From: Squalus acanthias
Taxonomy: Eukaryota
NCBI GenBank assembly: GCA_030390025.1
Contig: CM059425.1
Location: 174,904,001-174,968,000 of the forward strand
Direction: 5' to 3'
Length of the DNA stretch: 64,000 nt
In this document: in pieces, positions 24,941 through 38,065 of the stretch
Layout of the letters: every line of letters starts with the position of its first letter
How positions within the stretch are numbered: position 1 is the first letter of the stretch
Translations under genes and position numbers: made by a program
Notes under the pieces: model-generated
Told to the model about the DNA's origin: nothing
Database searches by the model: none
The model's input: the letters and a program-made list of their open reading frames with translations, nothing else

Positions 24941-26964
24941 GGCCCGGATTTTGCGGTGCTTATGGCAGCAAAACTGTCAGCGTTCGGCCTCCTCTGAAAC
25001 TGACAGCAACTTCTGGAGCTGGCGCATCCGTAGATAAACGCTGAAATCCAGAAGTTGCTGTTAGTGCTTCTGTGCTTCTCCATAGGGTGCGCTGTTGAAA
25101 TTCCTGGAGCAGCAATCTTTGAGAAATCACTGAACTGATGAGAACTTAAGATTATTGCTTAAGGTAAAAAATCACGGGATTGGGGGTAATATTCTGGCAT
25201 GGATAGAGGATTGGCTATCTAACAGAAAGCAAAGAGTTGGGATAAATGGTTCATTCTCAGACTGGCAATCAGTAACTAGTGGTGTTCCACAGGGGTCAGT
25301 GCTGGGTCCCCAACTCTTTACAATCTATATTAACGATTTGGAGGAAGGGACCAAGTGTAACATATCAAAATTTGCAGATGATACAAAGATGGGAGGGAAA
25401 GTAGTGAGTGAGGAGGACATAAAAAACCTGCAAGGGAACATAGACAGGCTAAGTAAGTGGGCAGAGATTTGGCAGATGGAATACAACACTGGAAAGTGTG
25501 AGGTGATGCACTTTGGCAGGAAAAATCCTAGAGCAATTTATTATCTTAATGGCAAGAAACTGGAGAGTACTGAAGTGCAAAGGGATCTGGGGGTCCTGGT
25601 GCACGAAACTCAAAAGGTTAGTATGCAGGTGCAGCAAGTGATTAAGAAGGCAAATGGAATGTTGGCTTTCATTGCTAGGGGGATAGAATATAAAAATAGG
25701 GAGGTATTGCTTCAGTTGTACAAGGTATTGGTGAGACCGCACCTGGAATACTGCATACAGTTTTGGTGTCCTTACTTAAGGAAAGACATCCTTGCTCTCG
25801 AGGCAGTGCAAAAAAGGTTCACTCGGTTAATCCCGGGGATGAGGGGGTGGTCATATGAGGAGAGGTTGTGTAGATTGGGACTCTACTCATTGGAGTTCAG
25901 AAGAATGAGAGGCGATCTTATTGAAACATATAAGATTGTGAAGGGGTTGGATCGGGTGGATGCGGGGAGGATGTTCCCGATGACGGGTGAGACTAGAACT
26001 AGGGGACATAGTCTTAGAATAAGGGGCTGCTCTTTCAAAACTGAGATGAGGAGGAACTACTTCACTCAGAGGGTGGTAGGTCCATGGAATATGCTGCCAC
26101 AAAAAGCTGTAGAAGCTACATCATTAAATAAATTTAAAACAGAAATAGACAGTTTCCTAGAAGTAAAGGGCATTAAGGGTTACGGGGAGCGGGCAGGAAT
26201 TTGGACATGAGTCTAGGTTCGGATCGGTCATGGCCCTGTGGGTAGTGGAGCGGGCCCAGGGACCGTGTAGGCTGATTCTGCTCCTATTTCGTGTGTGCAA
26301 TTCTGTTAGATGCAGGAGATGGTTATGTGATAGTTGATTGGCGGTTAGGATCAGATCAGCCATGATCTTATTGAATGGCGGAGCAGGCTCGAGGGGCCGA
26401 TTGGCCTACTCCTGGCCTACTCCTGCTCCTATTTCTTATGTTCTTATGTTCTTATAAGTGTTTACCCTGTAGTTTTGCTCTTAAAAAAACGCTGAAAAAG
26501 TTAAGCCTTGTTGAATGAGGTGTAACTGGGTTTTTAATGGCATAATTACTGCTGAACAACCGTTCTGGCCCTGAAAAACTAATTTTATATTTGTGGAATG
26601 TCAAATTTTTAAAATTCCGTGGTTTTAAATTTTTTAATCTTTTCACTTTTTGAAAAAGTTTTTGATATTTCAGCTTCTACCTTAATCCCATGTGTATGTC
26701 CGAATCTTTATTTCGCTCTCTAAATAATTAATTAAGTGAAGGAAAATCAGTGCATTTTACTTCCTTGTTTGCTGTCTGTGAGAATTCTTCAATGTGATTG
26801 GCTGCTTAGCCAGCTTGATGACATCATTGTTGCTGGATGCTGGAGAACCACTAGACTTGATGCCTGCATGAAATTAATGTCGGGAGAGCTGAAATTTGTG
26901 GGCAGCTTTCTTAGAGGCCAGCGACGAGTGCTGTCGCTTCACAGCTGGCCGTAAATTCCGGGCC
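24941..26964. mobile_element. Harbinger-type MITE containing a nested CR1, itself inserted in a SINE (24815-24940 + 26965-27245)
   Basis: TIRs ggcccggattttgcgg / ccgtaaattccgggcc with 3-bp TSD att on both sides. Confidence 0.85.
25157..26452 (+). mobile_element. 5'-truncated young CR1 LINE (351-aa open RT fragment) with two successive 3' ends
   Basis: SGVPQGSVLGP.LF.IYINDL, KFADDTK, RPHLEYC; tail ttcttatg repeats. Confidence 0.95.
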
Positions 26965-28097
26965 ATTAATTTAAGACCCTGTTTGCCTGTTCAGATGACA
27001 TCGAAGAGCCCTTGACACTATTTGAAGAAGAGCGGGGAGTTTTCCCAGTTTCCTGTCTAACATTCTTTTCTCAACAAATACACCAAAAAACAGATCATTC
27101 ATTTATTTGCTTTTTTTGCGTCGTTACTGTATGAAAATTGGCTGCTGTGTTTGCCTATATAACAGTGACTACATTTCAGAAACGATCCACTGGCTGTAAA
27201 GCACTTCGGGACATCCTGAGAACATAAGTGCTATATAAATGCGAGTTTTTTTTATTTCTATATAATTCCACAATCAAGTTTTACACACCAAGATTACATA
27301 ATGTAAAATGAATAAGCATAGAAGTTAATTTCTATAAAGATTATTTCTTGAATTATAACTACTCTTTTATGAATGGTTAACATTCCCTCAACAACACCTT
27401 GCATTTATATAGTTCTCTACATGTGAAGGATTGTTTCAGAATGCTCAACAAGGTAGAGAGGTGGACAACTAACTGGAAACCAAAGAAATTCAGGGGAAGA
27501 CCAAAATCAAGATCAAAAAGTTGGGTTTTTAGCAGACTTTTGAGGAAAGGGAGGGAAAAAGCAAAATAGTCAACCTCCATTAGTGGAGATGATGGGGCAG
27601 AAAATCCTGAACCAGAGGAGTGGAAGATGAATTATTCACGAGCACCGACATAGTAAGTTGTGGTATTATTCACAAATTAATTGGTACAGGAAAGCAGAAT
27701 ATCTCTTTTGGGTCTAATGATTTTTTTCTTATAGTCTTTAAATGGTGCCATGATGAGCCTTTTCTGTGAAAATGTCTGATCCTATATATCCAATAGTATA
27801 TCCAAAAGCTTTCTTGATTGAAGTATTGGAATTCTATTATTTAAATTTCATGCATGAAAAATTCAAGTTGTTAATGTTTGAACTTTCATTTTTTTTTTAA
27901 AAATGAGCCAATTGTGCACCAAAAGTTAAAAATCATTAAATTACCTTTTTCCCTTCAAAAGATTTTTATTTAAATGCAATCAAACTTTTTTATATCTATT
28001 GGGAATCTATAACGTTTGTGGGACCAAAGTGTTTCGGGTCTATTATCTCCTTGTATTATGGAAACTGTAATTATATTGATTGGCCACTTTTGGACAG

Positions 28098-28211
28098 TTT
28101 TCTCTGCAGACAGATATGACTAGAAGACAGTTAGAGTATGAAGCACGGCAAATTCGATCTGCAATGGAAGAACAACTGGGAACGTGTCAGGATATGGAGA
28201 AGCGAGCTCAG
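28098..28211 (+). CDS. APC: APC coding exon (114 bp)
   Basis: ggacag| acceptor, CAG|gtagta donor; FSLQTDMTRRQLEYEARQIRSAMEEQLGTCQDMEKRAQ. Confidence 0.97.
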
Positions 28212-28676
28212 GTAGTATCAAAATTGTGCAATTTAAACAAAAATATTGTGAAGTCTAAATATAGAATAATTAAAATTTGAAAATAACTCAAAAAATTACA
28301 GTTCTCAAAAATAATGGATCTGTGAATTTCTCATCATGAAGGAATTGAACAAAATCTTTTTATTTATTTCCTGTATTTTAAATTCGAATCTGAAGATAAT
28401 TTTCAACCTCTTTGGAAAGAAAAGGGAGTTGGTATTGGTTGTATAAAGTTCAAAATATGTTTTGTGATGGTAAAATAGTTATAGTTTTCAAAGTCTAATT
28501 CTGTTGCACCTTTTTCCTCTTTTCTAAAGAGTAAAAGGACAGTTACATAAACATAGTAAAGCTTTGCATCCAATCAAGTACATAAATATGCAAAACATGT
28601 AAATATTGCAGTAGTGCAGCTTTAACAGGGTAGGTGAGAAAGTTCCCTTTTCTAACTTTAGTTCATCCTAATGCAG

Positions 28677-28760
28677 ATGAGAGTAGTACGGATTCAGCAA
28701 ATAGAGAAGGATATGCTTCGTTTGCGACAACACTTACAGTCCCAAGCAACCGAAACGGAG
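28677..28760 (+). CDS. APC: APC coding exon (84 bp)
   Basis: atgcag| acceptor, GAG|gtcagt donor; MRVVRIQQIEKDMLRLRQHLQSQATETE; below the ORF-track length cutoff, found by reading. Confidence 0.95.
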
Positions 28761-30304
28761 GTCAGTATGTCTTTTATTATTATTTAGCTTTGAAATTATG
28801 AATTGATTCTAACTGCATTGCTGGCTTTTGAATATCTAGACTTGGAGCAAGGTAGGTTTCATTCCATGAATAATCTAATCAGTAAAAGTCCCATGTTGAA
28901 ACCTTGGTTTGTATAGTTACCTGTTGTCAGCTGGGGCATCAGCATGGAACTACAAGGCTTCAGTATGTTTTTTTTTTCATCAAACTGTCTACTTAGTACA
29001 CCAATTATATCTTTTTCTGAAACTAACAGATGTTTGAGGGAAATAAAATATTTTGTGTATTCCAGAAGAGAGACAATTAACTTTTGTCTTTGGGAGATAC
29101 TGCACAAATACGGGATGACAGCTGCTTAACAGTTCTTATCCACTACCAGGATTTACTCTGAATCCCCACCACCTCGCGCTTAACTTGTAGCATTTCATAC
29201 AGAACTTTGTCAAATGCATTTTGGCTTCCCACCTCAATACTAAAAAAATGACAGCTAACAAGCTGACAACATTGTGATTGTCTAGTATATCTCAAAAACA
29301 AAGTTAACTGTGTTGGTTCTGCAATGCACAGAATACTTTTTACTCCGACATCTCAAAGTTAGTTAAGTCTGTAAAACTAAACCATGAAGGTGGAACTTGG
29401 GGTCAAGCTTGGAAAAGGCAAATTTAGGACTGATGTCAGGAACTTCTTCACACAAGGAGTGATCTGAGGTAAGGGAAAACAATGTTTTGCACTGTATAAG
29501 CTGATTCAATCAGGGCAGTACCATTGGGGCAAGGAGCAGAAAATAGTAGGGCTTCAGTTTACTATCTGGTGACCCCTCCTAAAAAGTGCCCATGTACGAA
29601 TGTTGGGTGAGACAGGGTTGGACTGATCTTTAAGGCTCCCATAATCAAATAGCCTGCCAAGATTCACAATCTAAGGTTATACATGAAGAATGGCCCTTTG
29701 AGCTGCAGGTACTTGTAGAAATGCAGCTCAGCAGGAGTCACAGCCTTCAGGAGAGGAAAGGTGGAGAAAAATTTGAAGGACACAGTTGAGTTCCCTCTTT
29801 AAACATTGGGTTTTGTTAGAGATGGATGTTCAGAACTATTCACATTGTCCACCTGTATGAAATAATGCATCTCAGTAATTTAAAACTTAATTTTTATTTT
29901 TTGTCAAACACAGTTTCATCATCTGGCTTCTTTCGAAAATGGGCACACTGGAATTAATTTGGGGATTCACAGCACTGCAAGGATTAAAATAATGTGATCA
30001 CCTGTGGAGATGGCAGATCATAGCACACTTTTAAATGTGATTTGCCAGGACAGCATTTTTTTCTGCCAACTATAATAGGCTGTTTTCCATTTTTCCTTTG
30101 TATCATATGTGTTTGTTGTTTATAGAAATATAGTGAGTTTGATATATTCAGAAGGTTGCATTTTTGTCCCGCCTAGTGCAGCTGTAAAATCGCAAGAAAC
30201 CACTGGAGTTTCATAGTATGCTAGCATCAATTACCTGAATAGGTTTATGGACTTAGTAGCCAATCTATTAAATGTTCAGATTTATTTCAGCTCCAATAAG
30301 TAAG

Positions 30305-30602
30305 AAAGACTTGCATTTATATAGCGCCTTCCAGGACCTTCGGATGTTCCAAAGCGCTTTACAGCCAATGAAGTACATTTTTGAATGCAGTCACTGTTAT
30401 ATTCTTTGATGTCCTTCTGAGAGGGCGGTCGGGCCTCAGTTTAATATCACATCCAATTAACGGCATCTCCGGCAGTGGCGCATTCCCTCAGTACTACACT
30501 GGAGTGTCAGCCTAGATTATGTGCTCAAGTCTCTGGAGTGGGACTTGAACCCACGACCTTATGATTCAGGCGAGAGTGCTACCACTAAGCCATGGCTGAC
30601 AC
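30305..30602 (-). mobile_element. tRNA-derived SINE (SacSINE1/Deu-type) sharing the L2 3' tail
   Basis: On - strand: A-box-like ggcttagtgg and B-box ggttcaagtccc; tail ggcgctatataaatgcaagtc. Confidence 0.82.
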
Positions 30603-31235
30603 AGTAAGTAGTTAATGCTTTTAATTGTGATCTTGAACATGTTTTTCATTTTAATTTGTAGCTTTTTTTTAAACCTTAGGCATAAGTGGTGCTCTTGATG
30701 GACAACTGCTCCCAAAGAATACTTTTAAGAACATATATTTTTAATGGCACTCTGTCTAAAATGGGTGCACTAAATAGGAAGAATGCTTCTGTCTACCCTG
30801 AGGCTATTTTTTTTTATTTTACTATGTGAGCTATTCAATGAGTAGGAGCTAATTGGCCATAGATTTTCAGGATGTTTGTCATGTGACCAAATGCTCTTAG
30901 AGCTGCTTCGTGCAATCTCATCCACCCCCAGAGGATTTTTTCCTTCCTGTAATTTTAACAGCACAGTCAGAAAAGGACTGTAGCATTCTGAGCATATCCT
31001 TTGTGTCTGTATTGTGATACACTGCTAGATCTCAGTGGACGTGCTGCACTTTCATCATGTCATGTCACTGAGGGGGATGGTACTTGCTGCTGATCACTAA
31101 GGCCAGAGCTTAACGAGTACAGCAGCAAGCACACTTCCATTGCCGAGATGCAGCATCGAGGCACAGAAGGCTTAAAAATTCCTTTTATTTCTCTTCTATG
31201 TTCTAAATTTAATGACAAGGCTATTCTTTAAACAG

Positions 31236-31343
31236 ACGTCATCGCAAACTAAACATGAACAAACAGTGTCACATGATGCAGAAGGACCGAATGATTGTCA
31301 GGAAGCAACAGAAGCCAGCATGGGTACAACAGGGAGTGGGCAG
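31236..31343 (+). CDS. APC: APC coding exon (108 bp)
   Basis: tttaaacag| acceptor, CAG|gtgagg donor; TSSQTKHEQTVSHDAEGPNDCQEATEASMGTTGSGQ, aligning to the recalled human RSSQNKHETGSHDAE...GNGQ exon with one extra codon. Confidence 0.93.
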
Positions 31344-32163
31344 GTGAGGAGATTTTCAATTTTGTACAAATTAAGGGATAGATCATTGAGGATGCATTGC
31401 AGCAAAACAGATATAGTTTGGTGCATTTCTTTTAACAGGATGTGTGTAGATGTATACACACTCTTTTCTCTCGCTCTCTCTCTCTCTCTCATATATATTA
31501 CACACAAAATGGCCTTGATGATTTGGCTTAATCCTCTGCACGTTAAAGAGGTTGTTCGTTCAAGTAAATACATAATATTGTTACGTAGAATTTCAGAGAA
31601 AAATTACATTTCTTATCATATTTTAGAATATTCAGTATTAAAAACACTGATAGCAATACAGCTCTAATTCCATATGATTAGTTATGATGCAGAAATAATG
31701 CTATGGATTAAGGGTGATTGCTTGATGAAAAATGTAGTATATACTGTTTTGTCTAGTGTTTAGATTAACTGCCCTTAAACACTCTTTAATCTTAAGCACC
31801 TGTTATGAACTGTTGAAATACCATTTTCTCCTGCTGCTGAATAATGTTCATAAGGTATTAGTCTAAGAACCTTTTAACCTTGTAAAAATAAAAAGGAAAT
31901 GCAAAACAAAAATCCTTTTCCATTATGAAATGAAGTGAAATCAAGTCAAAATGTGAAATAAGAGCATTATATCATGTTACTTTAGCTTTATAGTCCAACT
32001 GAGAAATAATATAAATGAAGAAGAAAACTGCTTTGTAAACTGGATCTTCTATAACCTAGCCGAAAGCTCCGTCATTATTCATATGTCCTGTTCTGCAAGT
32101 GATTTGCTTTATCTAAAGTGAACAGTCTAATCAAAATGATGAGTGCATGTTTGTTTCCCTGCT

Positions 32164-33276
32164 GAACTCCGTTCCCTAGCCACTGACTCCATCCCTCTCC
32201 CTAACATCTGTCTGAGGCTGAACCACACTGTTCGCAACCTCGGTGTCATATTTGACCCTGAAATGAGCTTCCGACCACATATCCGCAGCATAACTAAGAC
32301 CGCCTATTTCCACCTCCGTAACATCGCCCATCTCCGCCCCTGCCCCAGTTCATTTGCTGCTGAAACCCTCATCCATGCCTTTGTTACCTCTAGACTTAAC
32401 TAGGAAGAATAGGGAGGTCACTTATTACTTGGACGGTGGGGTCGAGGAACAAGGGGATCTCTGAGTACAAATACACAAATCACTGAAAGTTGTGACACAG
32501 GTTAGTAAGGCCATAAAAAAAGCAAACCAAGCACTAGGGTTTATTTCTAGAGGGCTAGAATTGAAAAGTAGGGAAGTTATGCTAAACCTGTATCGAACCT
32601 TGGTTAGACTGCACTTAGAGTACTGCGTACTGTTCTGGTCGCTATATTCAAAAAAGGATATAGAGGCACTGGAGAGGGTACAGAGAGGATTTACAAGGAT
32701 GATACCAGAAATGCGAGCGTATCCATATCAGGAAAGGATGAACAGGCTGGGTCTCTTTTCTCTTGAAAACTGAAGGCTGAGGGGTGACCAGGCCCCATTC
32801 ACCCATCACCACTGTACTCGCTGACCTATATTGGCTCCCGGTTAAGCAACGCCTCGATTTCAAAATTCTCATCCTTGTTTTCAAATCCCTCCATGGCGTC
32901 GCCCCTCCCTATCTCTGTAATCCCCTTCAGCCCCACAACCCCCCCCCCCCCCCCCCCCCCGAGATATCTGTGCTCCTCTAATTCTGCCCTCTTGAGCATC
33001 CCTGATTATAATCTCTCAACCTTTGGTGGTTTTGCTTTCTGCTGCCTAGGCCCTAAGCTCTGGAATTCCCTGCCTAAACCTCTCTGCCTCGCTACACCTC
33101 TTTCTTCCTTTTAAGACGCTCCTTTAAACCTACCGCTTTGACCAAGCTTTTGGTCACCTGCCCTAATTTCTCCTTATGTGGCTCACTGTTAAATTTTTTG
33201 TCTTCTAATACTCATGTGAAGTGCCTTGGGATGTTTTACTACATTAAAGGCGCTATATAAGTACAAGCTGTTGTTG
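32164..33276 (+). mobile_element. L2 3' fragment interrupted by an internal CR1 fragment (about 32400-32788)
   Basis: Reverse complement of about 14790-15570; CR1 peptide KKANQALGFISRG...HLEYCV.FW. Confidence 0.88.
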
Positions 33277-33911
33277 AAGTGTAGATAATCCATTCTGCAG
33301 CGTCTCTCTCGAATTGATAAGGTCTTTGATGGTTTATTATTAGTAGCAACCAAACAACCTTAAAGAAAGCTTCCATTGTTGGCGTCATAAGTAGGTTATT
33401 TTCTGCGCTATGTAGTCTGAGCCTCTATGGATCTGTGTTCTAGCACATTGCACCTCTCTGTTTAAGTACAGTACGACCAAAATTCTTTCAAAATTATATG
33501 TAACTAAAGTCTACTTAATGATTCTGCTCCTCGGAATAAAATTTCATTTAAAAACTTTCTCAGCCAGATTCAAAAGTAAATAGTTTCTAAAACCAAGTAA
33601 CCTCATTTAGAATTCTATCAAAGGTTTTTAGAGTAGAGGGAAACCCTTTAGAAAATCGGATAAAGTGGGGGCCAGGAATGGAAATTGGGTGATCAGGAGC
33701 TTAGTGGGAATGTAGTCGAGGGCACAGGAGGTAAGTCTGGAAGGTAAAATAAGCTCGGAAAGGGAGATGGGGAGAGGCGGGGAGGTTTCAAGTCTCGGAT
33801 GGGGATGGGACTGGAGGGAAGTTTGACTTAGTGGACTGAGGAAGGGAGGAACACAGCAGAAGCAGCTGAAAGGATGGTCTTTATTTTGGTGCCAAAGTAT
33901 GACCTCCTCGC

Positions 33912-34073
33912 CAATGTTCCCTCTAATTTTTTTTGGGTGCGCGGCCACTTTAATGGGCTGCGCAGCCCATTCAAATTTCCGCGCATGCACGGCTTTTCCA
34001 TTTAAAAGCTGGTGAGCAGCCTGCGTGGGAACTCCAGACCACTACATGGCTGCGCAGCTCAACGGGAACATTG
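33912..34073. mobile_element. hAT-type (Tip100-like) non-autonomous element, 162 bp
   Basis: TIR caatgttccc/gggaacattg; perfect 8-bp TSD ctcctcgc at 33904-33911 and 34074-34081; inserted in an old L2 fragment. Confidence 0.9.
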
Positions 34074-34469
34074 CTCCTCGCCCATGTTAGAGGTGAGGGT
34101 GGAGTGGACAGGGAAGATGGGTTTAAGGAGGTGGTTGGTAGTAGATAAAAGGAGCTTGGTGAGATCTTTACTTTGCAGGTTTAGCTGTTTTGGCAGCGGA
34201 GAGCAAGGTCCGGTAGAACTTGATGTGGTCAAGCTAGATCTTACGGTGGATGGCTAAGCCAGTTGTGCACCAAGTATGCTTAAGTTTGTACCCCATGGAC
34301 TTGAAGGAGAGAAGATGGGGGCTGTACTAGGGGGAACAACCAGGATGGCAGATAGTGAAGGTTTTGCCACGGACAAGGGAGGTGGTGTGGTTACGCACAT
34401 CAACAGCTGCAGAAATAAATTGATAAATGAAGGGCCAAAGGCTAAGCAGTTTGGAGCTCGAGATTGAAG

Positions 34470-37223
34470 TCATAGAATGGTTACAGCACGGAAGAAGGCC
34501 ATTCGGCCCGTCGAGCCCATGCCGACTCTCAGCTAGTCCCACTCCCCTGCCCTTTCCCCGTAGCCCTGCAATTTTTTTTCCTTCAGATACATATCCAACT
34601 CCCTTTGGAAAGATAAAAGTGAGTCTGCCTCCACCACCCTTTCAGGCAGTGCATTCCAGATATTAACCACTCGCTGTGTAAAAAAGTTTTTTCTTACGTC
34701 GTCTTTGGTTCTTTTGCCAATTACCTTAAATCTGTGTCCTCTGGTTCTCGGCCCTTCTGCCAATGGGAACAGTTTCTCTCTATCTACCCTGTCTAGACCC
34801 CTCATGATTTTGAACACCTCGATCAAATCTCCTGTCAATCTTCTCTGCTCCAAGGAGAACAACCCCAGCTTCTATCAACATAACTGAAGTCCCTCATTCC
34901 TGGAATCATTCTCGTAAATTTTTTCTGCACCCTCTCTAAGGCCTTCACATCCTTCCTACAGTGTGGTGCCCAGAATTGGACACAGTACTCCAGTTGGGGC
35001 CGAACCAGTGTTTCATACAGGTTGTTCATAATTTCCACACTTTAGTACTCTATACCTCTATTTATGAAGCCCAGGATCACGTAAGCCTTTTACAACTGCT
35101 TTCTCAACCTGCCCTGCCACCTTCAACGATTTATGCAGACAGGTCTCTTTGTTCGTGTACTCTCTTTAGGATTGTACCATTTAGTTTATATGTCCTCTCC
35201 TCATTCTTTCTACCAAAATGCATCACTTCACACTTTTCTGCATTAAATTTCATCTGCCATGTGTCTGCCCTTTCCACTAGCCTGTCTATGTCCTCTTGAA
35301 GTCTATCACTCTCCTCCTCACTGTTCACTATACTTCCAAGTTTTGTGCCATCTGCAAATTTTGAAACTGTGCCCGGTACACTCATGTCCAAGTCATTAAT
35401 ATATATCAAGAAAAGCAGTGGTCCTAGAACCGACCCCTGGGGAACACCACTGTATACCTTCCTCCAGTCCCAAAAACAACCATACACCACTACTCTCTGT
35501 TTCCTGTCACTTAGCCAATTTCTATCCAGGCTGCCACTGTCCCTTTTATTCCATGGGCTTCATTTTTGCTGGCAAGCCTATTATGTGGCACTTTGTCGAA
35601 CGCCTTTTGGAAATCCATGTACACTACATTAACCGCATTACCCTCATCAACCCTTCGTTACCTCATCAAAAAACTTGATCAAGTTGGTTAAACACGATTT
35701 GCCTTTAACAAATCCGTGCTGGCTTTCCTTAATTAATCCACCCCTATCCAAGTGACTGTTGATTTTGTCCCTGATTACTGTTTCTAAAAGCTTCCCCACT
35801 ACCAAGGTTAAACTAACTGGCCTGTAGTTGCTGAGTTTATCTTTACACCCTTTTTTGAACAATGGTGTAACATTTGCAATTCTCCAGTCTCTGACACCAC
35901 CCCCGTATCTATGGAGGATTGGAATATTATGGCCAGTACCTCCGTGATTTCCGCCCTCAATTCCCTCAGCATCCGAGGATGCATCCCATCTGCTCCTGGT
36001 GATTTATCTACTTTTAAGTACAACCAGCCTTTCTAATACCTCTCAATTTTTATCCTATCAAGTGTCTCTACTACCTCCTCCTTCACGATGTCTGTGGCAG
36101 CATCCTCTTCCTTTGTGAAGACGGATGCAAAGTACTCATTTAGTACCTCCGCTATACCCTCTGCCTCCATGCATAGGTCTCCTTTTGGTCCCTAATCGGC
36201 CCCACCCCTCCTCTTACAACCCTTTTGCTATTTATATGCCTATAGAAGACTTTTGGATTACCTTTTATGTTGGCTGCCATTCTATTCTCATATCCTCTCT
36301 TTGCCCCTCTTATTTTCTTTTTCACTTCTCCTCTGACCGTTCTATATATAGCCTGATTCTCAGATGTATTTACAACCTGACATCTTTTTCTGCTTCATCA
36401 TATTCTCTATCTGTTTCGTCATCCAGGGAGCTCTGATTTTAGTTGCCCTACCTTTCACCCTCATGGGAATTTACCTCGACTGTACCTGAACTATTTCCTC
36501 TTTAAAGGCAGCCCATTGTTCCACTACAGTTTTGCCTGCCAATCTTTGATTCCAATTTACCTGGGCCAGATCCATTCTCATCCCACTGAAATTGGCCTTC
36601 CCCCCGTTAAACATTTTTACTCTAGATTGCTCCCTGTCCTTTTCCATAGCTAATCTAAACCTTATGATATTATGATCACTGTTCCCTAAATGTTCACCTA
36701 CTGACACTTGCTCCACTTGACCTACCTCATTCCCCAGAACCAGATCCAGCAATGCCTCCTCCCTCGTTTGGCCGGAAACATAATGATCAAGAAAGTTCTC
36801 CTGAACATACTTCCGAAATTCTTCCCCTTCTCTGCCCTTAACACTATTGCGATCCCAGTCTATATTAGGATAATTGAAGTCCCCCATTATTACTACTCTA
36901 TAGTTCTTGCACCTGTCTGTAATTTCTCTGCAAATTTGCTCCTCCATATCTTTATCACTATTTGGTGTTCTATAGAATACACCTCGTAGTGTAATGACAC
37001 CGCTATTATTTCTTAACTCTAGCCATATAGATTCTGTCCTTGACCCCTCCAGGACATCCTCCCCCTCCAGCACTGTAACAGTCTCCTTAACCAATACTGC
37101 CACACCACCTCCTATCTTTCTTTCCATATCTTTCCTGAACATCTTATAACCAGGAACATTTAATACCCAATCCTGCCCTTTTTTGAGCCAGGTCTCAGTT
37201 ACTGCCACAGCATCATATTCCCA
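34470..37223 (-). mobile_element. Long degraded CR1 LINE (APE + RT)
   Basis: AVTETWL, GGGVAVLVKE, IMGDFNYPNIDW, LGNSDHN, NYRPVSLT, QHGFVKGKSCLTNL, SGVPQGSVLGP, KFADGTK. Confidence 0.93.
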
Positions 37224-37644
37224 TGATGCATCATCATCATCGAGTGTACAGCACAAAAACAAGTTGTAAGTGACTTCAAGGAGAGATTTTTTCAGGGATG
37301 AATGCAGAAGGAAGTGGAAGTGGAATTGAGGGAAGGTAAGGGGACATGGGAGGTGAAGGAAGTGATCGGAGATAGCCTTATCAGCGATTGAAACATGGAA
37401 CTGGAGAGACCACAGGAGTTGATGAGATCAAGGGGATGGCTGTGAAAATAGAGAGCAGAGTTTACATGGAGAGAGAGAGGTTTAGCGAGGACAAGAGGTC
37501 AGTGAATTCAGAGAGGAGAGGGCAAGAGAAGATTGAAATCACCCAGGTCGAGGAGTCACTCAATGCAAAGACTGAAGAGAGAAATTCTGGGTGGGGCTTA
37601 GCTGGCAGTAGAAAATGATTTTAAAGGAGAGGCATAAAGAAAGA

Positions 37645-38062
37645 AAGACTTGAATTTATACAGTGCCTTTCATGACCTCAGGCATCCCAAAGCGCTTTAC
37701 AGCCAATGAAGTACTTTTGTAGTGGCAGCCAATTTGCGCACAGCAAGCTCCCACAAACAGCAGTGTGATAATGACCAGATAATCTGTTTTTGTGATGTTG
37801 ATTGAGGAATAAATATTGGCCAGGACACCGGGGATAACTCCCCTGCTCCTCTTCGGAATAGTGCTATTCGATCTTTTACGTCCACCTGAGAGGGCAAACG
37901 GGGCCTCGGTTTGACGTCTCATCCACAAGACGACACCTTTGATAGTGGAGCAGTCCCTCGGTACTGCACTGGAATGTCAGCCTAGATTTTTATGTTCTAG
38001 TCTCTTGAGTGGGACTTGAACCCACAACCTTCTGACTCAGAGGCGCGAGAGTGCTACCAACT
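37645..38062 (-). mobile_element. tRNA-derived SINE (SacSINE1/Deu-type), near full length
   Basis: tRNA-like head (ggtagcactctcgc...ggttcaagtcccactc), central cctggccaatatttattcctcaatcaacatcac block, L2-like tail. Confidence 0.85.
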
Positions 38063-38065
38063 GTA

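Noticed and set aside
31344..31667. ORF-track extensions of APC exons (also 28212-28280 and 59097-59128)
   Set aside because: Read-through into introns past canonical GT donors; no APC similarity
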